NCBI GenBank assembly: GCA_963840455.1
Contig: CAWIYV010000011.1
Location: 96,001 to 160,000, forward strand
Source: Nitrospirota bacterium
Lineage (GTDB): Bacteria > Nitrospirota > UBA9217
Reading direction: 5' to 3'
Length of the DNA: 64,000 nucleotides
The position numbers and the translations under genes were made by a program. Position 1 is the first letter of the stretch. Each line of letters begins with the position of its first letter. The notes under the pieces are model-generated. The model saw only the letters and a program-made list of their open reading frames with translations. It had not been told where the DNA came from and made no database searches. Of the stretch, positions 52,995 to 62,154 are shown one piece after another.

Positions 52995-54053
52995 TCAACT
53001 TCCCCACCCGTTTCGCCACAATTCCATTTCCATGCGGTGCGATTCTGCATCGATGGTGTGCCGCACACCGGCTACGAAATAATCGCCGCTGTGCCTGCTG
53101 CCTGCCCCGCGGACCTTCACGAGCGTATGTGCGCGGACCAGCGTGCCGAGGGTGTCCAAGCTTGTCTGGCACGTGGCCTGGGTGAACCAGTCTGCCTCTA
53201 TCAGCGCCCCCTCACCTCGCGCCGTCAGATCGCCGGTGTCGTCTGCCGGAGCTGCCAGATGAATGGATCGGGTGTCGCCGGTGATCGCCTGTAGGCCCTG
53301 GGTACCCAGAATAGGCTGTGGTGTAGTAGCAACAGCGCCGTTCATCTCGGACAAGGTGTTCAGGTCCAGTTGGGACCCCTCTATGCTCGTTGGCCGCTCT
53401 GCATCCCAGGTGATGTCGAGCGTCTGTATTCTGGGCGAAGCCAGGTTGATCACCAACTCCGCGCTCGGCCCTCCTCTCAATGGCGGGCGCTTGAAGTGTG
53501 CGGTCTCTGTTCCCTGGGCGTCGCAGCTGATCCAGAACAGATAGCCGTTGCGCCGCGCCAGTCGGCGGACGAACCGAAGGTCGCTGTCGCGCTGAACGAG
53601 CGTGTGCTTCGCTTCGTAATGTCCCGCGCTGGTCGTTTGCACATCAGACGTGTACCCATACTTGCTGAGAATCGTCTGCACTGCATCGCTGTCGGTCAGG
53701 TCGGCCCAGATGGCTGACCTCGTCTCCCGGTCCATGATGATCGATGTGTCCGAGCCGAAGACTTCCAGTGTGGAACCCGCGCCTCCGTGCCGGAGCCGGA
53801 CCTGCTGTTTATGGACCGGACCCTTGACCAGGCAGTGGATCTGGCCGTCAATAGGAACCAGGACTGAGAGTTCGGAGCCGGCGTCGAGCCTGCCGTCTGT
53901 AAGGAGCGGGATGTCGCCCTCACTGATATCCAGATCGTATTGAATCTGGAACGTTGTTGCCTCGCTGATCCGTTCGCTTACAATCAATTTTCGCGCTTGA
54001 ATAAGCTCTGGATCCGGTTTGCCTTTGATGGCTATCGCAATGCCCAGTCCCAC
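52995..54053 (-). CDS. Phage late control D / gp27-like hub (N-terminal half of VgrG/Afp8)
   Basis: QRDSDLRFVRRLARRNGY, VRGAGSRHSGDYFVAGVRHTI. Confidence 0.88.
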   Translation of the reverse strand: MGLGIAIAIKGKPDPELIQARKLIVSERISEATTFQIQYDLDISEGDIPLLTDGRLDAGSELSVLVPIDGQIHCLVKGPVHKQQVRLRHGGAGSTLEVFGSDTSIIMDRETRSAIWADLTDSDAVQTILSKYGYTSDVQTTSAGHYEAKHTLVQRDSDLRFVRRLARRNGYLFWISCDAQGTETAHFKRPPLRGGPSAELVINLASPRIQTLDITWDAERPTSIEGSQLDLNTLSEMNGAVATTPQPILGTQGLQAITGDTRSIHLAAPADDTGDLTARGEGALIEADWFTQATCQTSLDTLGTLVRAHTLVKVRGAGSRHSGDYFVAGVRHTIDAESHRMEMELWRNGWGS

Positions 54054-54331
54054 TACCGCACCTTCCTCGGGATCTCAATTTCGCGCTGCTCTGCCAGGGC
54101 ATCAGGGAGCATCACATCGTTCAGCTCGCAGATCCGCCAGAATCCTGCCGCATCATCCAGGTAACCCTTGGCCAGATGGTCCATCCGCTGGCCCTGACGC
54201 ACGAGGTGAGTGCCCAATGCGGTCTGGCCGGGCGTCTCAGGCACTGGAACAACCTTGACCTTCCGGCCCCGCCGGTCAACGACCTCGTAGGGTTCGAGCT
54301 TCGCATAGCGGCTTTTGGGATCGAACAACAT
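54053..54331 (-). CDS. LysM-like small eCIS protein (C-terminal half of Afp7)
   Basis: FDPKSRY...HLVRQGQRMDHLAKGYLDDAAGFWRICELN. Confidence 0.8.
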   Translation of the reverse strand: MLFDPKSRYAKLEPYEVVDRRGRKVKVVPVPETPGQTALGTHLVRQGQRMDHLAKGYLDDAAGFWRICELNDVMLPDALAEQREIEIPRKVR

Positions 54332-54340
54332 AACTACCTC

Positions 54341-55039
54341 CTATAACGGAAGCATGTCCAGGATCGATTCAGCGGTATTTGCAAGGTTCAGCCGGGCCAG
54401 TACCTCTTTCTGCGTCCGGGTGTATTTATAGGCCTTGATCGCAAGCTCCTCGCCCATCGAGAGCTTCCGCCCAAGCTTCTTGAACGAATCCTCGGTGAGC
54501 ACCGTGAGCCCCACCGAGACCGTGGCCCGGATCGGGTAGAGTGTGGGCAGGAACTCCTGCTCGTCCACGGAGAAGCTTGTGACACGCACCGGCAGAACGC
54601 GTCCCGGCCCCCAGATGAAGAGCACGATCGGCACGCTCCCCCGCGGCACTACGTCACCTGAGCCGAAGATCTCGGGAAGCAGTTGACCCAGGAGTGAATC
54701 GCCCACCGGATAGAGCAACATTTCGAGGGCGCTGATCCGGTCAGCAACGCCGGATATCTTCGCCGCCGGGTGTTTCTCCGGTTCTTCCAGGGCGTCCGTG
54801 GCATCGAGCTCAAGCTTCAGCTCGAATGACTCTCCCGGATCATAGGGCTCTGCCGTGGTCTCCTTGGCTTGGCCGCCTCCTTCTTCTGTGGAGGCTGAAG
54901 AGGGTGTCATGGTCCTGCTTATGGTCTCCGGGTTGTATTGGAAAACGATCACGTTCGGGATCGGTCCCAGAAAATCCTCGGATAGCTTCACGAGGGCGCC
55001 TTTCACCAGTTTCGGGCTTCTCGAATATCCATTCGGCAT
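54341..55039 (-). CDS. CIS tube-initiator-like protein (N-terminal half of Afp7)
   Basis: VIVFQYNPETISR, LELDATD, LFIWGPGRVLPVRVTSFSVDE...LYPIRATV. Confidence 0.85.
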   Translation of the reverse strand: MPNGYSRSPKLVKGALVKLSEDFLGPIPNVIVFQYNPETISRTMTPSSASTEEGGGQAKETTAEPYDPGESFELKLELDATDALEEPEKHPAAKISGVADRISALEMLLYPVGDSLLGQLLPEIFGSGDVVPRGSVPIVLFIWGPGRVLPVRVTSFSVDEQEFLPTLYPIRATVSVGLTVLTEDSFKKLGRKLSMGEELAIKAYKYTRTQKEVLARLNLANTAESILDMLPL

Positions 55040-55051
55040 ACTGTAACCTCG

Positions 55052-55645
55052 CTAAGTTCTGGACTTCTTACCGGCCAAGCTCTTTTTTGCGTTATTGATC
55101 TTGTCCGCGGCCGCAGGATGACGCTCAAGGATCAACTTTTCCCATGGAGCATAGAGATCTTCTTGCAGTTTGCCAGGTGTTGGCTCCAAATGTTCAACTA
55201 TATTTATTAGATGGATGCACCACTGACCGCCATATTCACCAATATCTGTCATCTCGCTCTCGGTCAACTTCTCTTTCTTCTTCTCATTGTCGCATCGAGT
55301 CCCTAATGCTTTGTCGAAGTTAATCCAAAGTTGCGCCTCATGATAGGCAAGATCCGGGTTGAGACTGAGGATAAAGTCACGGTTCTCCGACGGATTGCGA
55401 AAGATCTCCTCGTGGATGAATCGCTTCCGAAGATAGTCGGTCCATACTACCTGCTCTTTCTGGTTCTCTGGTTCGTGCGGCTCCATCTCTTGCATCTCAC
55501 GGTAGATTAACTTTTCAAACTCCTTTTTACGCTGTTCAGACTTCAGCTTCTCTATGCGCTTTGGCAACCAAACACCAAGAACAAAGAGGACTGAAGGCAT
55601 GAAAACAACATCGATAAAATCTTTCAAATTATCGAATCCCCCCAT
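55052..55645 (-). CDS. Hypothetical protein with an N-terminal TM helix
   Basis: 197-aa ORF, GGAAGG RBS, TM VVFMPSVLFVLGVWL. Confidence 0.7.
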   Translation of the reverse strand: MGGFDNLKDFIDVVFMPSVLFVLGVWLPKRIEKLKSEQRKKEFEKLIYREMQEMEPHEPENQKEQVVWTDYLRKRFIHEEIFRNPSENRDFILSLNPDLAYHEAQLWINFDKALGTRCDNEKKKEKLTESEMTDIGEYGGQWCIHLINIVEHLEPTPGKLQEDLYAPWEKLILERHPAAADKINNAKKSLAGKKSRT

Positions 55646-55664
55646 AATATTCCTTCCCGTCCGG

Positions 55665-56780
55665 CTACGAAAACACGGGCTTCTTGAAGTTTATGTGAAC
55701 GCAATGATTTGGCGGCTCCGGCTGCGTGCTGTTTATGGAAAATTCACCCTGTTCGCCGAATTCCGGGATCTGCGTTTTCAGGATATCGTCGAGAACCTTG
55801 AGATCGAGCCCGGAAACATCCATCGCTTTCCCGATTAGATGCGGCGAAGCATTCACCGCCTTGCCCTTCCAGGTGGTATTAGCAGGCGCGGCCACAAGCG
55901 GAAGCGTACGCTTATCAGAAGGGACACCCGGCCCTCCCCCGCCCCAGTATAAAGCCAGGAAAAACGGGACCCAAACATCCATATCCGCCACCGTGCACGA
56001 TGCGAATTTCTCCCAGTCAAGCGTACCCTTGAGCCAATCCGTCTTCTCGGCATAGGCATTAACGCTCTTTTTATTCTGTTTACAATACCCCCTGAGAATG
56101 TCGAGCTGTTTTTTCTGGTCTCGCTTTGCAGATCCGACCGTAGCCTTCTTTCCTTTCCCGAAGGTTCCAAGCTCATTGTGTTTCTCAATAACGTCTTTTG
56201 GGTTTTTCGCTGCGGCCGCTGCCGGTGTCTGTACTGCCGGCACCGGAGCTGCTTTTGGTGCTTTACCTTTCTCTTCACCGCCTGTTATAGATTTGATCAA
56301 TTCCCTTGCGTATTCTATGAGATCAGCTCCGAAACCTTTCTCTTTTTTCTCCGCTGCAGTAGGAATAAGGATGGTCTCACTTGCATTAAACCCGATTTTC
56401 TTCCCTTTGGCTGTTGACCAGGTCTTCACCTTTGAAGCATTCTTCTTTATCAAGTCCTCTGCCTTGACGTTGAATTTCGCCGCGATCCGTTCGATCGTAT
56501 CTCCGGACTTGACTTTGTATGTTTGTTCTTTCTGCGCAACGGGTGTCGCATTTGCCGGGCTGCCGCTATCCTTATCATATGCATCACCGACCGAAGCGAT
56601 TTTCTGCCCCGATGGAGCAATGGGACGGTAAGAGCCTTTAATCACACTATGATTGCCTAGACTATCCCGGGAAGTCTGTGCAGTTTGAAGTGACTTGCGT
56701 TGCAGCGTACTTGTCTCGCTTATTTGATAGGCCTTAATTTGACCTTTCGTCTGTTTCTTCTTAGTAGTTAGCTGTTTCAT
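55665..56780 (-). CDS. LysM + M15/LAS-type zinc peptidase with an eCIS-like leader (candidate cargo)
   Basis: LysM YKVKSGDTIERIAAKFNV; SPHLIGKAMD (SxHxxGxAxD) and EPPNHCVH. Confidence 0.8.
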   Translation of the reverse strand: MKQLTTKKKQTKGQIKAYQISETSTLQRKSLQTAQTSRDSLGNHSVIKGSYRPIAPSGQKIASVGDAYDKDSGSPANATPVAQKEQTYKVKSGDTIERIAAKFNVKAEDLIKKNASKVKTWSTAKGKKIGFNASETILIPTAAEKKEKGFGADLIEYARELIKSITGGEEKGKAPKAAPVPAVQTPAAAAAKNPKDVIEKHNELGTFGKGKKATVGSAKRDQKKQLDILRGYCKQNKKSVNAYAEKTDWLKGTLDWEKFASCTVADMDVWVPFFLALYWGGGGPGVPSDKRTLPLVAAPANTTWKGKAVNASPHLIGKAMDVSGLDLKVLDDILKTQIPEFGEQGEFSINSTQPEPPNHCVHINFKKPVFS

Positions 56781-56843
56781 GCGGCTCTACACCTCATCAC
56801 GCACCAAGTCCCATTAACACGAAAGCTCTGAACTTAAGGTGTT

Positions 56844-57269
56844 CTAAAGTGTTTGCGAACCACGCGCAGTGGCTATCAATTCATCTTCCCAAAAATACCG
56901 GACCTCAATCGGCTTTTCAGCCTTGAGAGCAGTCAGTGGCACGACGAACTTCAGTCTGTACTGCTCAGGGCCCACTGCATCCCACCCCTCCTCTCCTTCT
57001 CTGGATATAGTGGTGATCTGACTGCCAGTCACTGACTGTCCGTCTTGAAAGATCTGAACCTTGTTTGTCGTGCCCCGCTCCTTTTCAGATCTCCAGATGT
57101 AATCCCATATGTCTGATTTACCGGTTGGTACAAGCAGATCGAAGACCACATTTGACTTCAAGACACTCAGATTGATCACTCGAAGCTCACCTTCCGGTAA
57201 CCAGTACTTCTTGCTCTGTGCAACCACGGGTGCCCCATTCAGTTGCATGATGATTTCCACAGCTTCCAT
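56844..57269 (-). CDS. Hypothetical 141-aa protein downstream of the toxin
   Basis: AAGGAG RBS before ATG 57269 (MEAVEII). Confidence 0.65.
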   Translation of the reverse strand: MEAVEIIMQLNGAPVVAQSKKYWLPEGELRVINLSVLKSNVVFDLLVPTGKSDIWDYIWRSEKERGTTNKVQIFQDGQSVTGSQITTISREGEEGWDAVGPEQYRLKFVVPLTALKAEKPIEVRYFWEDELIATARGSQTL

Positions 57270-57609
57270 CCCGGTCTCCTTCTGCTGTTGTAACGTCAAC
57301 TCACCTATGCGAATTACCGGCCTGATGTTTATCTTTATGTCGCGGATCCTTCAATAATTCATCGAGTGCTTTCTGCGCAGTTCTTCCGAGCAACTTTTGT
57401 TTTTGCATCCTTTATCGGTTCACGTAGAAATTCTGGAGCTCCTTAAGATTCAAAAGAGTGAAAAACTTATTCACAATATCTTTTTTAGGTTCTTCTTTTA
57501 GTTGTCCAATTCATTTATGAGTGTCAATATGTGCCTAACTGAGCACACCAGCGGGAAACTGGCACGATTCTGCCTGTTCCATTATTTACCGTTCAGCATT
57601 TTCCCCACT

Positions 57610-59829
57610 CTAACGAGTTACTCCAGCCTTCTTTATAAGTTTAGGATCCGCGATAACGCTTGGTGGGCTTCCATCCTTATGAAAGACCCGCCAAATCCGG
57701 CCTTCTTCGTCAAAGACGAAAAGGTCTTGCTTCAGATTCAAAGCCTGCTTCTGAAAGAACTCCACACAATCCTGGCACATCCACTTATCAACGGATATTG
57801 GCTGTCCAGGGTTGGCAACAGCTAACTGCTTCTCTGCATGACTCGCGTTCCATTCGCCGACAAAATTTTTGTCTCGGGGATGTGGTTTCAATTTATGTCC
57901 GATTTTCTCAGCTCGTTCCGCTACTGCCTCAGAACTTACTCTCTTTAATGGTTTTCGGCTGACCGCCCTCCTGTAGATGGTAACTCCTCCAGGTTGCTGT
58001 TCAATGCTCACCGCGACGGTCGCACCTTTCTTTGCTCGTTTCTGCGGTAACTTCTCACGCATTCGAGCAGTCGCTCCTGGTGCTGGTTCCTGCCCCGCAC
58101 CCACTGTTTTTGGTACCCTGCCTTTTTCGACTATTACCTTGGCAGGTTTAACACGTTTGCCTTCGACATAGCTTCCGCCTGTTTCTATTTGTCGGGGGGC
58201 ATCTCCTAGGCGGGCTGTTTTCGCACCTTCTTCTATTTCACCACCGACGCGCGTAACAGTACCGCCAGCCTTCTCAGCCTCACGTATTTTGCCTACGTAG
58301 CGATTGGCCTGTAGGATGCGCCGTAAACCGGGAATGTGCTCCAATAAGTCTATCAATCTCCTCGCGAATCGACTCGTTCTCAATGCTTTGCCAGCCGCCG
58401 ATACTCCGCGCGCCACCCACGCTTCTGGGCCAAGAAACAGCAAGGCGATCTCGAACACCACATAACCCTCTACTCTCCCAACCTTGAAACCCTTCCAAAA
58501 AGGGCTCGCTTTTTTGAAGTCGGTATTATACCAGCGGCCGGCCATTTGCCCAACTTGCTGCCCTATCTCGTATCCAAATTCGATTAGAAACGCTGGATAT
58601 CGACGCATCTGCTCGATGAATTCAGTTAGTCCCCTCTTCACTTCTTGGGCGTAACGTGCTTGCGCCGCCCGCTTAGCTTTATATCCCTGAGGATCCTGCA
58701 AAAACTCGATTCCTTCTTTGATCCCCAATTGGAGCAATCCCTGAGGGGTCAGATATTTAGCAACAAAAGAGGCAAGTTCTGCAATTCCAACGACATTGTC
58801 TTTCAGGCTCTCAAGCGCTCCTACTGGAGCGCCCAACTGAACACCACCGTTGAAAGCCAAAAGGTTCATTGTCTCGCTCAGTTCGTTACTTAGAGTAGCC
58901 CACTCGTCCGCATGAATCGTCTGTCGCGCCCCTATCAAGAAGCCTTGAGCAAAGCCAGTGGTTATTGTGGCTAGCCGATAGGCAGCCTTCAGTTCGCCTG
59001 GCATCCAGGCTGATATCTTTTCCCCGTACTTTCGTTCGTAAGCCACCAACATCCGCTGTGCTGCGGATTGCATCAGTATTCCGAGCTGGTTTTCAAGCTC
59101 TGCTCGTTCTGAACTCTGTCCCGGGTTATCTCGGAGCCATTTTTTGATGAGCTTTATTTCCCGCTGAAGCTTCTCGTCTGACATCAGTTGCACGTTTGGT
59201 GACTGATTAAGCGAGAGTGGTTGTCGCGCCAGTCTAACTCCGGATGAACCCCACACTCGTATCGGCCCTCTCCCTTTTATGGCGGCCCCAGCCGCCCAAT
59301 CAGCCGCCTGTTCCAAGGCACCGCTCTGAGAGAGGGAAAGCGATGTCGTCCCGCCACGTGACTGTTGTATTACGTGTGCCAACTCGTGAGCCACAAGGCG
59401 ATATCCTTCGCTACTTTCGAGTTTGTACCGGCCATATCCAAAGACTAGATCTTGACCCACCGTGTAAGCTGATGCGTTTACCGTTCGCGCCGACTTCGCT
59501 GCCCTCGCATCAGTATGCACCCTCACGTTACTGAAATCATGCCCGAAGCGCGGTTCAAAATGCGCGCGCGTTTTCGGATCAATCGGTTGGCCGGGAGAGC
59601 GCAGGACCTCCTGTATAATGGGCGGTACTGCTTTTGGCCTGTTTTCATTATGCGGCTTGTGTTTCGCAATGTTATTGCCAAAACTTCGCAGCACGCCATG
59701 ATTCCCCATTGTGCCTTGAAGATCATGACCCGAATGCGCAAAGCCCTGCTGCTGCGACGAAATTTCAGCATTCTGCACTTTCCGTGCATTACGCTCTGTC
59801 TGCTTCTTCTTGACTGCGACCTGTTTCAC
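57610..59829 (-). CDS. DUF4157 (eCIS core domain) protein with a C-terminal Zn-dependent deaminase toxin
   Basis: FEPRFGHDFSNVRVHTD...AHELAHVIQQ; hydrophobic middle; WNASHAEKQL...MCQDC. Confidence 0.88.
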   Translation of the reverse strand: MKQVAVKKKQTERNARKVQNAEISSQQQGFAHSGHDLQGTMGNHGVLRSFGNNIAKHKPHNENRPKAVPPIIQEVLRSPGQPIDPKTRAHFEPRFGHDFSNVRVHTDARAAKSARTVNASAYTVGQDLVFGYGRYKLESSEGYRLVAHELAHVIQQSRGGTTSLSLSQSGALEQAADWAAGAAIKGRGPIRVWGSSGVRLARQPLSLNQSPNVQLMSDEKLQREIKLIKKWLRDNPGQSSERAELENQLGILMQSAAQRMLVAYERKYGEKISAWMPGELKAAYRLATITTGFAQGFLIGARQTIHADEWATLSNELSETMNLLAFNGGVQLGAPVGALESLKDNVVGIAELASFVAKYLTPQGLLQLGIKEGIEFLQDPQGYKAKRAAQARYAQEVKRGLTEFIEQMRRYPAFLIEFGYEIGQQVGQMAGRWYNTDFKKASPFWKGFKVGRVEGYVVFEIALLFLGPEAWVARGVSAAGKALRTSRFARRLIDLLEHIPGLRRILQANRYVGKIREAEKAGGTVTRVGGEIEEGAKTARLGDAPRQIETGGSYVEGKRVKPAKVIVEKGRVPKTVGAGQEPAPGATARMREKLPQKRAKKGATVAVSIEQQPGGVTIYRRAVSRKPLKRVSSEAVAERAEKIGHKLKPHPRDKNFVGEWNASHAEKQLAVANPGQPISVDKWMCQDCVEFFQKQALNLKQDLFVFDEEGRIWRVFHKDGSPPSVIADPKLIKKAGVTR

Positions 59830-60062
59830 TTCAAAACCCTCAGGATTGCATCGGAGATCATTGTCACCAGTCGTTCCCGTGTTGCTCCCGTCGTGACGGG
59901 AATTTTCAATTCTATTGCGCCGAGACGGCGGTCCTTTTGCTGTGGAGGGAGTTTATCCGCCACGCGACGCATCACGTCCGCGCCCAGCCTCTGTGCTTCG
60001 CCCTTGCTGTGTCCGGGCAGCCGCAAAATAAAATCTTCTATCTTCACCTCATCCTTTTGCAT
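59826..60062 (-). CDS. Small hypothetical eCIS protein
   Basis: 78 aa; overlaps both the ATPase stop and the toxin start. Confidence 0.7.
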   Translation of the reverse strand: MQKDEVKIEDFILRLPGHSKGEAQRLGADVMRRVADKLPPQQKDRRLGAIELKIPVTTGATRERLVTMISDAILRVLK

Positions 60063-62154
60063 AGCTCCGCAGCCGATCCCGCTCCCGCCCGCTCAGGACC
60101 CGGCCTTCCTTCATGAGCTCTCGCTCCACGCCCCGGAGGAGATGGGTCAGGCCCATGGGTCTACGGTCCCGGCGTGCCACAAACAGGGCCGTGAGTATTG
60201 CGAACTTGATTTGTGCTCCGGTCAGCTCCAGGTGCTCGGCGAGCGCAGTGACCTCGTGTTCCAGCTTTTTAGTGTGCTCCGGCCCCGCCAGTTCTTCGGC
60301 TATCTTCCGCCAGATCTCTCCGCGCTGGGCCGAGTTCGGTTTCGGAAACTCCAGCACATAGCGGATTCGTCTGAGGAAGGCGGGATCGATGTTGCTTTTC
60401 CGATTTGTCGCGAGGATCGCGACGCCGCGGTAGTTCTCAACGGCCTGGAGCAGGTATCCCGTATCGGTATTTGCAAATCGGTCATGGGCGTCTTTAATTT
60501 CCGTCCTCTTGCCGAACAGGGCGTCCGCCTCGTCGAAGAGCAGCACGATGTCCATGGTGGCTGCGCGGGAAAGGATGCGTTCCAGGTTCTGGGAGGTCTC
60601 GCCGACATACTTGCTGACCACTGCGGAAAGGTCCACGCGAAACACATCAAGCCCTAGACTCGCGGCAATGACCTGGGCCGCCATGGTCTTGCCCGTTCCC
60701 GGCGGGCCGCTGAACAAGGTCAGTAGTCCTCTGCCTTGGGGAAAGAGGCGACGTCTTTTCGGCTGCTCCCAGAATTCAACGCGTTCCCGGGCCTCGAAGG
60801 CAAGATCTTCCAGGGTGTCGCGGAGATGGTCCGGAACGACGATGTCGTCCCACGTGAAGGGGCACTCGAGCATCTGGGCGAGACTGTCGAGCTTCTTTCG
60901 GTTGGACTCACGCACGAAGGTAAGAGCGGTCTCAGCGCTCTGGATGTTCTGCCGCGCCGCTGATGCGATTTCACCTATCTGCACCCGGTGCTGGGACACA
61001 AGCGTGTCGAACTCCTCGGATTCCCACGATTCCGATTGGGGCACAAAGTGCCGCCAGAGAAGGCGTCGTTCCTCCTGGGATAGTTCCGGCAGTTCGACAC
61101 GGAGGTCTGCGACTCCCGGAACAGGGGGGACCTGCTGCGCTGCTTCCGCAATGACGAACTGCAGGGGAAAAAGAGGAACCGTTACTGGCCATGCCCTCCG
61201 AAGCGGGTTCTCGCCATGCCACGCAAGGGCGCACCGTTCGAGATACGCTTGCCGCTGCGCATGCAAGAACGCCGTATGCCAGGTCTGATCGTCAACCAGG
61301 TCTGTATCGATCGCGAGCAGCGGAAGGCCGAGTCGCGAGCAGATTCCCGCGGCAAAAGTGCGCCGGCCGCTGCTGGATGGTCCGGTAATGTGCAGCCGCA
61401 CGGTCTGGGGAGCTTTTCCCTGGAGCAGTTCCTTGATCGTCGATGCGGTCTCGCTCATCGGCCAGTTCTTCAGGGGCTCAAGGGGATCTTGGAAACGGCT
61501 GATTCCCGCGAGCCGTTCATCAAGATAATCCTCGCCTGCCAGCCAGTCGCAGATGAAGGGGTCACAGATCAGCCTGGCGGGCTCGCCGGAACCGACCTCG
61601 TATTGCCTTACTAGGCCCCACCGCCTGAGCGCAGACTCAGGGCTCCAATGACTTCGATGAACATGTCCGAAGAGCCGCGCGGCCAGTTCCGCAGTCGCGT
61701 ACCCCCGTCCTGCGTGGTCGTGCAGGTAGGCATAAACGCGGGAGAGCGCGGGATCAAGGGCCGGAGCCAGACAGAGCTGTAAAAGGTCTGATTCCGCTGG
61801 GCTGATGTCGAAAAGGGCATGGAGCTGCGCAAAGCGGGACTTGGTGTCCGCAGCTATGGCTGCTTCGAGTCGATCTATTTCATAGTTCAACTGTTTCATA
61901 CCGGCGTCAGATGCAAACCACGCTGCCTCCGCTTCGGGCGAGTCCCGGTTGTCAAGATAGGTGTCGATCTCGGCATGGGTCACTGCCACCGTGCCACCCG
62001 GCGCTCCTTCCTCTGCCCAGAGTTTCCTGAGCCAGGCGACGCGCCGCTTTGCGAGGAGACGCATCCGCGACAACACCCGATCGAGCGCTGCATCGAGCTT
62101 CTCCTGTCCCCTTTCGAATTCCCTGATGGCATGTTGCTGTCGTGTTCGCGTCAT
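60049..62154 (-). CDS. eCIS AAA+ ATPase (Afp15/Pvc15-like)
   Basis: GPPGTGKTMAA, VVSKYVGETSQNL, LLFDEADALFGKRTEIKDAHDRFAN, IDPAFLRR; ATGA overlap at 62151-62154. Confidence 0.95.
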   Translation of the reverse strand: MTRTRQQHAIREFERGQEKLDAALDRVLSRMRLLAKRRVAWLRKLWAEEGAPGGTVAVTHAEIDTYLDNRDSPEAEAAWFASDAGMKQLNYEIDRLEAAIAADTKSRFAQLHALFDISPAESDLLQLCLAPALDPALSRVYAYLHDHAGRGYATAELAARLFGHVHRSHWSPESALRRWGLVRQYEVGSGEPARLICDPFICDWLAGEDYLDERLAGISRFQDPLEPLKNWPMSETASTIKELLQGKAPQTVRLHITGPSSSGRRTFAAGICSRLGLPLLAIDTDLVDDQTWHTAFLHAQRQAYLERCALAWHGENPLRRAWPVTVPLFPLQFVIAEAAQQVPPVPGVADLRVELPELSQEERRLLWRHFVPQSESWESEEFDTLVSQHRVQIGEIASAARQNIQSAETALTFVRESNRKKLDSLAQMLECPFTWDDIVVPDHLRDTLEDLAFEARERVEFWEQPKRRRLFPQGRGLLTLFSGPPGTGKTMAAQVIAASLGLDVFRVDLSAVVSKYVGETSQNLERILSRAATMDIVLLFDEADALFGKRTEIKDAHDRFANTDTGYLLQAVENYRGVAILATNRKSNIDPAFLRRIRYVLEFPKPNSAQRGEIWRKIAEELAGPEHTKKLEHEVTALAEHLELTGAQIKFAILTALFVARRDRRPMGLTHLLRGVERELMKEGRVLSGRERDRLRSYAKG

